Source: Methanomassiliicoccaceae archaeon
GTDB lineage: Archaea; Thermoplasmatota; Thermoplasmata; Methanomassiliicoccales; UBA472
Assembly (NCBI GenBank): GCA_963827135.1
Contig: CAWGZX010000004.1
Location: 69,521 to 133,520, forward strand
DNA length: 64,000 nucleotides
Reading direction: 5' to 3'
The notes under the pieces were generated by a model, which saw only the letters and a list, made by a program, of their open reading frames with translations, ran no database searches and had not been told where the DNA came from. The stretch's first letter is position 1. Each line of letters opens with the position of its first letter. Below are positions 39,530 through 49,726 of this stretch, piece by piece. The position numbers were made by a program, and so were the translations under genes.

Positions 39530-41360
39530 TTAATGATTGAAATAATGTTGGCTTACGTGCAATAGGAGAATAAGAATATAGGGCGGTCCATAATCCAGCG
39601 CCTCCTCCCAATGATGTTGGTCGTATGCAATATCCATACACTTGTTGAATAGTTCCTTGGTCCGAAGGAAGTCGTATCTTTCCGCATAAATCATCTGCTG
39701 GTACTTATCCTCGTCTACGATTTCAGCTAATATCGGCCAAATTTTTGTGGTCCCCATCCTCGTAAGATGGTTGACGAAGTCTCCTTCCCATTCAATTCCC
39801 TTACCGTATTTCTCACACAAAGACAATATTCTCTTTCATCGTTAAAGAGCCCTTGAATCAATAAGGCCCAGATGAGATTTCTCCCCCTTCAGCAGGAAAT
39901 AGTACTTGTTCTGTCCCTTGTTTTGGATTGCATATGTCACACTACCAGCTTTCCTTTGGCATTTGTAGGCTCAAGGATTTTTCTCGCGTCTGCCGTTAGA
40001 TATTCTTCTCTGAACGTTTCCTTGTATAGCTTATCACTATCGAAGACATCGGTGAGTCTCGACATCTTGTCGAGCTCGCCCTCACAAGCCAAGAACGTCT
40101 GAGCGAGGATGCGTATCTGAATGGCTTTGTCTTGTCCATACCCCATGTCTTCTAGTTCTTCAATTATTGTAAGGTTGCTGAATGCTCTCTCTTGTCTCTC
40201 GTAAAAGACGCCTGGAGGCAGTTCTTCCCTGAACTTGTCCTGCAGCTCGAGTTGAATCCTATCGTTTGCTCTTAAGTTCCATCGTTGAACCGGGTTCTGT
40301 CTGTTATTACATATGGTCACATTGACCAGGAAATCCTTGGACTCAGACTTAATGACCTTAGCCAGGACGTATATCGATTCCATTCTTTCTTTTTCGGTTT
40401 CGAGCCGGGGGTCCCCTGCCCTATCCCTCGGGAACTTCTCCAGACTAGTCACCGTCTGTGCGCCATTTAGGACGCGCGGCTCCGTGAGAATCGCTCTTCC
40501 ATCAATAAATTCTATATTCTCAGCCGAAAGGGTCACACCATTGTGATTGAAGATGAACTCATCTGGGGGCGATTTGCCTTCGAGTATATCCTTGAGGGCG
40601 GTTCGGAGATGCTTGTTCGCGGGACGGTCGGGGGACAATCCCATCCTTATATTCCTCTCGAAGAACCTTGGTCCAATCGCTCAGAACATCTGTTTAGTTC
40701 CATTAGTGGTATTTTTACCACATGCATCTCAGCATTGCTCTCAGTTTTCGTCTTGACACACTCATCAAGAATCGGAACTTGGTGGCGAGAACGTGGTCTT
40801 GCAGTCCAGGAGGGCGTTCCTCCTTCTCATGTTGCTGGATATGAAACTGAAAGCCAATCCAATATCACACCAGATACTTGTCAAGGATGAATTTCTTCGA
40901 TTGCAGGTCCTCTACATAGCTCTCGAGGACAGCACTCTCTCCAGCCTTAAGTGGGTCACCTCTGAATACGAAATGAACCAGTACCTTGTCTATGAGTGCC
41001 GAGTTTTCACTTAGGTGTGCACGGAGATTAGAAATGAGGGGGTTCTTCTTCGGGTCTTGGAGTGGGTTACCGAATACCTGTTCTAAACCAGACTGAATCA
41101 ATTGCACGAATGAATCCTTGAAGAGATTGTAGTTGTCTGAAAACTTGAATTGGTATAGATATAGTACCCTCTTCGCAGTATCAATATGGTATGCGTCAAT
41201 TCCGTAATCATGGGACCCGAATGTAACCTGGTCTATGACCTACTTCGATTTCCTTACCAAACTCCTGAGCCAAATAAAGGGCAGCATAGTAGTCTTCCTT
41301 TAAGCCCCCATAGGAAGGTTGATATTGACGAAAGGTTGCATTTAAGTCCGCTCCTCCAAT
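39530..41360 (-). pseudogene. AIPR family protein (abortive infection phage resistance), fragmented
   Basis: HDYGIDAYHID..LYLYQFK N-terminal motif; FIFNHNGVTL, VLNGAQT and NNRQNPV core; pieces in several frames. Confidence 0.8.
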
Positions 41361-41463
41361 ATTCAGATGAAACCACCGAGACTATAACTTCATAGTAACC
41401 AAAAGATTTTGCTAATGTTTTTGTGCTTAAAACTTCCTTGAAACCTCGGATGAGAGAGATTAT

Positions 41464-42384
41464 GTGGATATATTGGAACTAAAAAGCTCCACCATAATAA
41501 CCTCATGTAAAGTTGTCTGGACCTTAAAAAAATATATAACGTCGTTCGGATTGATGATTGAATGGGGCGCACTCTTGCTACATGAATCATACTTACCGTT
41601 CGAGGAATCGGAGTTGGCAAGTCATTTCCTCGGGTTCAAAGGGGACGAAGCAAGCGCGGATTTGTATACGAAGTTCTATAGGAACCTCGTCCAGAAGTAT
41701 CCTGAACAGGTCGCGATAAGTGAGAGGTTCTGGGTTGCGTCTTCGCTCATGAGATTGTTCCACGATGGAAAGCATTGCACGAGAACTTCGCAAGATTGAT
41801 GGGTGGGGCGTTCGGCAAGGCGGATAAATTCGGGTTTGATGATTGGATAAGGGCCATCGGAGAAGGGCCAAAATTGTTCTTCGAGGCCACAGTCCATCTC
41901 CTCCTTCGAGTATAGCGAACGGTCATACAACCTCCTGAATGAGGGCAACCTCATACCACAATTTTAGGAGGCATTCCCGAATAAAGGCAAGATTGAAGGG
42001 AAAACGTGGCTGGATGCAATCCTCATCAATCCCGACAATGGTTTCGCTTTGGTATTCGAAGCCAAGGTCTTCGCCGACATCGACACTTGCGTTAAGCACG
42101 ATTGTTTGCGCAATCAGTTGGCCCGCATAATCGATTGCCTCATTGACTCGAATCCAAAGCATCATTCACCCCTGAACAAGAGGCGGCCGGAAAGGACGTT
42201 CTTTGTGCTATTGACACCAGAGATGTTCAAGCCAAAGGGACCTCAAAGCCCAAGAACCAAGCTGTACGCCTATAAATTCATAGATTATAGGACCGACCCA
42301 AATTCCATTGGCAGAGACCTTCCACATAGGCACAATTGTGATTGGCCATCGATTTCAGATAGACTGAGTTGGGGGACAACGTAG
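41464..42384 (+). pseudogene. Putative PD-(D/E)xK nuclease-fold protein, interrupted
   Basis: IEGKTWLDAILINPDNGFALVFEAK..RNQLARIID; internal stops and shifts. Confidence 0.55.
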
Positions 42385-42653
42385 GATTTAAACAGAATTG
42401 ACCCGCGTTGCTGTCCATGGTTAAGTCGCTAAATAATCAGGCGTTCATCTTTGCCACAGCCATCCTGGGAACCGAGATACAAATCGAATCATCCTTCCTT
42501 GTGGCCCCCGGGTAGGAAGTTTGGTCAGGTTCTTCTCAAAAATTTATATACTGAGTACTCTTATTAATGTCTGGTATTCAATAATATCTATGATTCGGTA
42601 ATGAAGCGCATCATCTCCTTTACCATGGAAGTGCCCTCCCCGTCCTATCATAA

Positions 42654-43388
42654 CTATGGTTTCTTCAATGGTTTTTTTCCAATTGACAGTAGCTTTTCGT
42701 TTAGCTTTTCTCTCCTTTCTAGGGACTTCTTAGGTTGGACATAATAGGAATCGAACAATGATTCCAGCACATCTAAGAGGAATTTAGCCTCTTCAGTTTA
42801 GACCTCAACGATTTCCCCAGTATTGATTACCTTTTTTCGGGTGGGCTGCGAAATTGCCTACCTGTCTAATTGCGTCTAGGTTTTCAGCAATATGGCCAGG
42901 GAGGCCTGGAAGTGCCCTATCTATGCTTTTATCCAGGTCAGATGCCGCATAGCCTTGTTCTTCAAGTACCATCTGAAGGGTTCTTCGAGATAATGCAGCA
43001 CTAGCTTTCTGACTAATTTCGAACACTTCAACGGCTTCGATGAAATCTTGCTTAATCTTTAAAGGAACTTCGGTGACACAAATCTTGTTGCGCATCTTGG
43101 AAATATTAGAGGTTCGATTGAGCGCTCTGATACTTGCGTGGTTCCATAATTATCCAATACGGTAATTTTGCATGCAATTATCGGTAAATTGCAATTCGGG
43201 CAGGTTGATGAGTAAACATAAGCACTTTTACACCATTCCCCGCGAGCCTCAAAATGGTCTAGACGACCAAACCCTCTAATGGCAACCCCCTCCCACGGTA
43301 TTTCCGTTTGAATGAATTGAACCATAACCCCGCAATGGGGGCATATCCCCTTTTCTCCTTGATTATATTTTAATGAATCCGTAGTCAT
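42654..43388 (-). pseudogene. DUF4145 (HEPN-like) protein with N-terminal zinc ribbon, frameshifted
   Basis: CPHCG..CPNC; ASAALSRRTLQ, IRQVGNFAAHP; tail EEAKFLLDVLESLF..KLNEKL in other frames to TAG 42654. Confidence 0.8.
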
Positions 43389-43691
43389 GGAATATCCAGA
43401 CCTCCGATATGCCCATTTAGATTTATGATATTGCTTATGAGCAATTAATCCGTGGGTTCTAGAAGATAATGGATTTAATTTATATTGGTCAGTATAAAGA
43501 AAATGAAAAGATTTGTGGACACGAACCTCACGGCATCACAGAAGAAAGGCATGACAGTCAGGTTGATAGCGTCAGAATAATATCCCGACCTGGTAAGCAT
43601 TTGATACCAGAGAAGGTCCTCCAAGAAGACCTTCAAGGCCGAGGTCGAGGAGGAAGCGGTTGCTTGGTTCCCGCGCCAAGGCAAGGTCGAG

Positions 43692-44106
43692 ATGGCTATC
43701 TTCCACTTTATTCTGTATGTAAGGGGCCCAATGGCATTCGACCCAAAGGCTATGGCAAATGAGCAAGCATTGAATGCGCATAAGAACGGCATATCCTATA
43801 GCGAGATTCGGGCATTCTTCAATTCTTATCCAGACATGCCTTTGGCTAGTCCTAACAGAAAGACAGAATATATTCGGAAACGAGACAAGGAATTCGCGTC
43901 GTGGCAGGATTAGCATCCGTGAATTGTTCAAGAAGGAGGAGCTAATTGACCCGACGTTGCTCGAGAGGGAGCGAGGATGGCTGACCACAAACCTGACTGG
44001 GAGCTGTGTTGCCGGATTATTGAGAAAAGCGGCGATAAGGAGGATCATCCCGTGGACGCTATACTCTAAGCAATTCCTATATTGCATCAGCAAGCGAGGA
44101 TTATAG
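43692..44106 (+). pseudogene. Fragmented hypothetical gene
   Basis: Protein-like pieces in successive frames (43692..43913, then end of 43774..44106); no family recognised. Confidence 0.35.
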
Positions 44107-44167
44107 GAAACTATTAGGGGAATCGGTCATAGACCAACGCAGTCTTGATGAACGACCAGTAGAACTG

Positions 44168-44383
44168 GTGATTCGCTATAACACCCCGCGCGAGCAGTTA
44201 AGGAAGGAGCTGGAATGGCTGGACCAATTTGAGGAGGAGGTCATGGAAACGGCAGCGCTCTTTGACAGGCGCACCACGAAGCTCTGGGAGAAGCATGCCA
44301 GGCATTCGGATTTCTGGGAAGATATGCCAACAATCACCTTGACGTTAAAAGGGAGGGCACTGTTGAAGGGGCCTAAACCATAG
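44168..44383 (+). CDS. Small hypothetical protein
   Basis: 71-aa helical-looking ORF; no motif recognised. Confidence 0.45.
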   Translation: MIRYNTPREQLRKELEWLDQFEEEVMETAALFDRRTTKLWEKHARHSDFWEDMPTITLTLKGRALLKGPKP

Positions 44384-44649
44384 CCCGCTGATTCTTGTCT
44401 TGATATTCGAATCTGTGAATTCTAATAAGGTAATTTCTTAAGTGATTCCTTTAGACCACTGCTTTTCACTGTTATCCAGTACGATAATAATGGTAAAATC
44501 CATGTTAATTATTCATTTAGATAATAAACTGGAATCGACGTTTTTAGCCTTTTTATATTGATTCTATTAAGGTATTCTTTATATTCTTGGAAAAAAATAG
44601 CGAAGGAAGAGTGGACCCTAGGATGGGTTCTCCGGAGGACTCGAACAGG

Positions 44650-45176
44650 ATGAAAGCAGGAAAGAAACTTGCGGGAGGAAGCATATTAACGATAATTGGA
44701 GTGATATGCTTCGCAACCATACTCGTATCTGCAGCGGTCTTACTCACTGGTATCGCATGGAACAACACAGTAGTTGTACCCATACTCTTACCAGAAGACC
44801 GATGTATCAGGAACAACATTCGATACTATTTACCTGAATGTGCCATTAGATGGATGCAGAGGCAATTCGGGATCTCCCTACGTATTTGGAATCAGTATCG
44901 AAGTCAACAAGCAAATCACGAATGGAGTAATCAAAGTCGTAATTACCAATCAATCAGCTGGAGCTGCCGACGTTGATGCTTCCCTATCACACCTGGGCAC
45001 CTTCAACCTGGACCGTAGTTCCATCATCCCAAGCATCTAATGTATTGACCTTCACATATACTGACGCTGATACAACTTGGGAAGCATCTAGCACCGTTGA
45101 TGTCCCTTCAAGAATAACATATACTGGAACAGGAGACTATAACGTTGCTATAAGTGTTGAAGGAACCTCTGTATAA
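44650..45176 (+). pseudogene. Secreted/surface Thr-Val-Ser-rich protein, two apparent frameshifts
   Basis: MKAGKK + hydrophobic signal helix, then beta-rich segments in frames 44774.. and 44973..; T-rich terminator at 45195-45215. Confidence 0.6.
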
Positions 45177-45364
45177 AACCCTTAATCCAACCCCTTTTAT
45201 TTTTTCACTTTTCTTTGCTTGCTAGTATCCACTTTCGCCGCCTCTGCCCCTCAACCTCATGCCCCTTCAATATCCCAAACCTAGCGCATGGAAGAGCACA
45301 ACCTAGTCAATAATACGGCACTCATCTGAGGATAAGCTACTCGGAGAAATGGGGAGAATGGCTG

Positions 45365-45565
45365 GTGAGGTTCACCTTCAAGGACGGCGGGATGCATTTG
45401 ATGTTCATCAGGGACATTGAGGCTGAAGTGGAGATGCTCGAGGGTGAGGGATACGTGGAGGTTAAAGATTGGCCCCGAACCTCACGGCATCCCTACAGAG
45501 AGAAAGAAAAAGATGGAAGAGGTTTAAGATTAGTTCTTGCTCCTCAAGGAATCGATTATTATTAG
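45365..45565 (+). CDS. Small hypothetical protein next to attR
   Basis: 66-aa ORF with GGAG upstream. Confidence 0.35.
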   Translation: MRFTFKDGGMHLMFIRDIEAEVEMLEGEGYVEVKDWPRTSRHPYREKEKDGRGLRLVLAPQGIDYY

Positions 45566-45600
45566 GGCAAATAATTATTTCTGCCAGCTTCCAAAATTGG

Positions 45601-45635
45601 GTCCAAATCTCTTTGGGCCCACCATTTCATCTGGC
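45601..45635 (+). repeat. attR (35 bp)
   Basis: Exact copy of 37005..37039. Confidence 0.95.
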
Positions 45636-45643
45636 TCGACCCG

Positions 45644-45865
45644 CTAAATGCCGTTTCGAGGGCAATTTAGGGCATTTTGATACTGGGCGAGCTTCTTCAT
45701 CCCCTCACTCATGTCGTCCAAATTGAGGCCCAAGTAGTCAATTGTCGTAGAGGTGTTTTCGTGCCCCAAAATGGCGGTAATGGTTTCGAGCCTCGTATCC
45801 ATGCCAGAGTATACTGCATTCTGTCGAACAAGACGTACCAATTTCCCTTGATCTAGTATTATCAA
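45644..45865 (-). pseudogene. C-terminal remnant of a second tyrosine integrase
   Basis: ILGHENTSTTIDYLGLNLDD matches LGHESIDMTKKYLGLNLSD of the 37031 integrase; 5' part absent. Confidence 0.8.
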
Positions 45866-45947
45866 GTTGGATAATAGTCATATAATAATTATCCATTTTG
45901 ATAGCCAGTAAGCAAGCCATATAACATCACTACCCCTCGATAATACT

Positions 45948-46295
45948 ATGGAAGGGATGGCCAAGAACCTCGAAAATCATGAGGAAGAGATTTGTCGTTT
46001 CATGGCCGATGAGTATGCCTCGAAGGTCATGAGCGCCACCTATGGAAAAGCTCTGAGCATACAGCAAATTAGCGAGATCTGCGAGATACCTATCGCTGTC
46101 GCTTACCGTCGAGTAAGAAGAATGGCTAGCATCGGCTTACTACTTTGCATGAGAGAAGAGTTGGTTTACCGAGGAAAGAAGGAGAGGTATTACATTTGTG
46201 CCGTTGACATGCTGCGATACATTTTCGACAAAGGCACTTTTTCATGCCAAATGCGTTCCGCGACACAACCAATGGTTCTCCAACCAATGGATTAA
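45948..46295 (+). CDS. Winged-helix protein, paralogue of 24073..24417
   Basis: 32 of 38 identical residues over MADxYAxKxMSATYGKAxSIQxISxICEIPIAVAYRRV. Confidence 0.85.
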   Translation: MEGMAKNLENHEEEICRFMADEYASKVMSATYGKALSIQQISEICEIPIAVAYRRVRRMASIGLLLCMREELVYRGKKERYYICAVDMLRYIFDKGTFSCQMRSATQPMVLQPMD

Positions 46296-46554
46296 AGATG
46301 GAGCGATTTCACCAACAATCAAAATAGCATTATTACAGGAATTGAAAGACTAGATTCTTAATGGATAGGTTCAATTAACTCATCCCAGTAGGAATGTGGA
46401 ATTATGTTCCGCATCTCTGTGCGATACCATATCTTCTCTATCGCTAGGTATTTACTCCTCTTGACATCCAGTAATATTAATCATTATCATTTTAGATAAT
46501 TATGATGCCGCTCTGTCGCTTCTAATTGATTCATAATTCAATGACATTGAATGA

Positions 46555-47028
46555 TTAAAGAAGAATAACAATGCAATTTTTCTCTGTGCTAAAAAGGTCC
46601 TCGTATGCCTCTTCTATCGTTGCCGAGGTCTTATCATCAGGAACTCCTACAAGAATACCGATTGCCGCCTGATATTCCTCATTCATCCATAGCATCCTTG
46701 TCATGAATTCGTCAAGTCCCTGCCCATTCCGATAATGCATCAATTCTAGTGGATACTTTTCATCGACGATGAGAGCCGGAATGCATGCTCGAGTGCATTT
46801 GTGACCACTTTTTTCCAACTTGATGATAATCTCGCTAATCAGCAAACTTCGGGATGCCATCGAGTCGCTAGGATCCCAATTAGATAGCATGGCCGTTACA
46901 GCTGGAAAGTTCTTGGTCTTGGTCTGGGGTTTGGATTTCGTCTTGGGCTTTGCTCCAGTTTTCGGGGCTTTGGCAGTAGGTAGATGCTCAATTTCTGAAA
47001 TCTCTGATACCGAATTGACTTCGAACAT
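46555..47028 (-). CDS. Hypothetical protein, paralogue of 13021..13491
   Basis: Shared motifs as listed for the 13021 ORF. Confidence 0.8.
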   Translation of the reverse strand: MFEVNSVSEISEIEHLPTAKAPKTGAKPKTKSKPQTKTKNFPAVTAMLSNWDPSDSMASRSLLISEIIIKLEKSGHKCTRACIPALIVDEKYPLELMHYRNGQGLDEFMTRMLWMNEEYQAAIGILVGVPDDKTSATIEEAYEDLFSTEKNCIVILL

Positions 47029-47217
47029 GCTTGGTCAGCCCGTCTAGGTTTTATGCCGAATCCTTATTGCTTCATAACCGGGGTTATTGTGTTATTAAAT
47101 GGTCGTCGACAGTATCAGAAGTGATATTGCTTTTTCGAATGTGCCCCGATAACCCGAACCTTACGGAGCACCACATGTATTAATAATAGACGTTCCAAGC
47201 GAAATTATTGGATAATT

Positions 47218-47565
47218 ATGTCCTTGACGAAGAAGAATTTCAATATGCCCGATGAAACCCAGAATCCTCCACTAGTAAAGGTCGAAACCATCAAGATTGG
47301 GGGAATGGCCGTGGTGAGGCAAACGTACCAACCCGGGTGGAGATGGTCCAAGCACATGAAACCGCTCGCAGGAACAGACAGTTGCCAAGTGCATCATTTT
47401 GGAGTCTGGATCTCAGGCCGGATGCGTGTCAAAGTCGATGACGGTAAAGAGATGGAGTTCGGTCCTGGTGACGTATCAGACATTCCACCTGGACACGACG
47501 GTTGGGTCGTCGGTGACGATCCTGCAATTTTCTATGCCATAGTCTGCGGGTCTGCTTTGAAGTAG
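47218..47565 (+). CDS. Cupin domain protein
   Basis: YQPGWRWS..DSCQVHHFG..SGRM..IPPGHDGWVVGD. Confidence 0.88.
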   Translation: MSLTKKNFNMPDETQNPPLVKVETIKIGGMAVVRQTYQPGWRWSKHMKPLAGTDSCQVHHFGVWISGRMRVKVDDGKEMEFGPGDVSDIPPGHDGWVVGDDPAIFYAIVCGSALK

Positions 47566-47782
47566 CACAATAGGTGATAAAAGTAGGCCAAACGGTTCCA
47601 GACATCTATCGTACGAGCCTCAAGAATAATGGACTTTGTCAATGACGAAGTTGCCTGATACAGTTGAGCCAGTACCAGTTATCTGCAGGCCGCTCATTAT
47701 GTAGTACCAATAATCCGGTCGATGGGTCAAATTTTCCAGACATGCAGATTTATATATTACACATCCTCGAATTAGGGACTAC

Positions 47783-48280
47783 ATGACAATCACGAGCACA
47801 TCATCAACCGAGATTGTTCTCCTAATAGGTTCGATCGTAGCAATCATCGTAGGGCTATTGGGACGCAAGAACAAGAATGGGAGCGAATTCAAGACAGCGA
47901 TTCGCGCAATCAGCGGCATCATGGGCGCTATCATGATAATTTGGGGGATCATGATGGTGTTCGATGGAACCTGGAACCTGCTGATGCTCCTCATGGTCCT
48001 TGTGCTGGGAATTGGACTACTTCTTCCCCTCTTGCCTAAGTTCAACCTCGGAACAATCCTGGCCTTACTCTTGGCCTTGGTCGCAGGGGCAGCGGTTTCA
48101 GGCTGGGGTGGTTGGGCGATCCTCATCGTGTTCCTGATCGTGTTCTTCATCCTCTGGTTCGTATTCAAGTTGATATTTGGTGTAACCAGGGCAGCAGGAG
48201 CGGTCCTAGGGTCGAGATGGGTACTCCTGGTCGTGGGAATCTTAGGGATCGTAGTAGTTGCCTATTCGATGACCACCTGA
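47783..48280 (+). CDS. Multi-pass membrane protein
   Basis: About 5-6 hydrophobic helices; TTTATATA at about 47749. Confidence 0.8.
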   Translation: MTITSTSSTEIVLLIGSIVAIIVGLLGRKNKNGSEFKTAIRAISGIMGAIMIIWGIMMVFDGTWNLLMLLMVLVLGIGLLLPLLPKFNLGTILALLLALVAGAAVSGWGGWAILIVFLIVFFILWFVFKLIFGVTRAAGAVLGSRWVLLVVGILGIVVVAYSMTT

Positions 48281-48750
48281 ACACTTAGCTTAGGAAACGG
48301 GGCATGCCAATCCCCTTGAAGGCGCCCCGCTTGAAACCTTTTTACGCATTGGTTTTTCATCTCCCCCATTTCATCTTCCATTGCCTAAACATCAAAATGT
48401 TCCTTATGGAGATTATAGAAGTGCCGGGGAATCGGAGGACTAAACTCTTACTGGATGGGTTCCAATACCTCTCCCCCCTTTTGAGAGAGGGACATTATGC
48501 TCGCGCCTCCCCGGCAAAATCAATATCAGCTCCTTCATTACTTATGCTTTCCTGCAATCCAGATGTATCAATCATTATCACATTAGATAATGGTTGCATC
48601 ACCTTCGAGCCCCTTGCTCCATGGTCTTTCAAACGAACTTGCTGACACCATCCACGAGGGTGAGTGGTACATCGATATCCCAACGGAACAATGTCACTCA
48701 TTTTAAATATTTGAAATCCTCACAATTTCAATAGAGGCAGGTGATGAATT

Positions 48751-48972
48751 GTGGTCGAATCTGCAACCTATGATTTTCGATTAAAGAGAAAAGCCGTCAA
48801 GGATATTTTGTCCAAGGCGCCCGATGGGATGAACAAGGACGAGTTGGCGAGATTGGCTGAATTAAATGGGATCATGGATGAAGACTTTCAAAAGGTGCTC
48901 GCGAGTCTGCTAAATGGCGGTCATGTCTTCACAGAAAAATCGGGAAAAATTCATTTCATTCGAAATGAATGA
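48751..48972 (+). CDS. Small winged-helix-like protein
   Basis: GAGG/GGTGA RBS; helix-helix-beta-hairpin pattern (LLNGGHVFTEKSGKIHF). Confidence 0.6.
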   Translation: MVESATYDFRLKRKAVKDILSKAPDGMNKDELARLAELNGIMDEDFQKVLASLLNGGHVFTEKSGKIHFIRNE

Positions 48973-49075
48973 TCTAGGCATTGGATTTGTTCTCTCGACG
49001 CAACATCATTATCGATATCGATAATTATTATATTACAATATCTATTTATATTACTAGAACGACTCTATTATCAGC

Positions 49076-49162
49076 TCCCCTTGACTGAGCGATTCAAGAG
49101 GGTTGCGTACCGATAACATCGGCTCCTCCCTGGCTTGAGCGCTTCTTCAAGGGGACCGCAAC
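49076..49162 (+). ncRNA. Candidate structured RNA / leader
   Basis: TCCCCTTGA/TCAAGGGGA 9-bp stem, CCGAT/ATCGG hairpin and GTTGCG/CGCAAC crossing stem; TATA-like sequence at about 49043. Confidence 0.3.
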
Positions 49163-49329
49163 TTCTGGCGGCCTTTTCGGTTATTCTGCCCTAAGGTCGT
49201 TGACTCTGGATAGGATGGAGATAGGTTAGAGGCGATCCAACGTGATCGCTCGGATGCAAAATTGGATTTCCTAGTAAGGCACTACTCATTCAAGAAAATA
49301 ATTTCGTCGACAAGAATGAGGTGAGATGC

Positions 49330-49650
49330 ATGCCAGTGATGAAGAAGCTTAAGGAAGAGAAGGACAAGCTCAAGACGATGGTGAAGGGGGAAGAGGAGAA
49401 ATTGAAGGAGGCGAAGGCTGAGAGGAAGGCCGCCAAGTTCGAGAAGGAGAAGGAGAAGGGTCAGAAGAAGGTCGAGAAAAAGGTAGGCAAGAGCACGACT
49501 AAGAAGATAGGAGCGGACCTAAAGCAGGACAAGGACAAGCTCAAGGCGAAGATGCACGAGGAGAACGTCAAGGTCAAGAAGGGTTTGAAGAAGGCCGAGA
49601 ACACGCTCAAGAAGGACAAGGACAAGCTCAAGGCGAAGATCAAGATCTGA
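49330..49650 (+). CDS. Lys/Glu-rich low-complexity protein with repeated DKDKLKAK
   Basis: GAGGTG RBS; exact 28-bp repeat at 49526 and 49613. Confidence 0.8.
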   Translation: MPVMKKLKEEKDKLKTMVKGEEEKLKEAKAERKAAKFEKEKEKGQKKVEKKVGKSTTKKIGADLKQDKDKLKAKMHEENVKVKKGLKKAENTLKKDKDKLKAKIKI

Positions 49651-49726
49651 TCGAGGACCTTGCTATAATGGCAGGTTAAAGTGCCATTTGGAATTAGTAT
49701 CGATTACCGACATCTCATAAGCGAGC

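Larger units (their letters stand above)
37005..45635. mobile_element. About 8.6 kb integrative element at tRNA-Ile(GAT)
   Basis: Perfect 35-bp direct repeats at both ends, tyrosine integrase next to the left repeat, visibly AT-richer cargo. Confidence 0.9.

Noticed and set aside
37230-41970. In-frame TAG codons in the integrase (about 37255) and the nuclease-like gene (41965) as pyrrolysine sites
   Set aside because: Both genes also carry frameshifts and no pyl genes are in the window; nonsense mutation or error is simpler.
48304-48701. ORFs 48304..48645+ and 48495..48701-
   Set aside because: They overlap each other in AT-rich DNA, with no motifs or convincing RBS.
49076-49162. Hammerhead or HDV ribozyme
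   Set aside because: CTGAGCGA does not fit CUGANGA, and the HDV P1.1 GG after P1 is missing.
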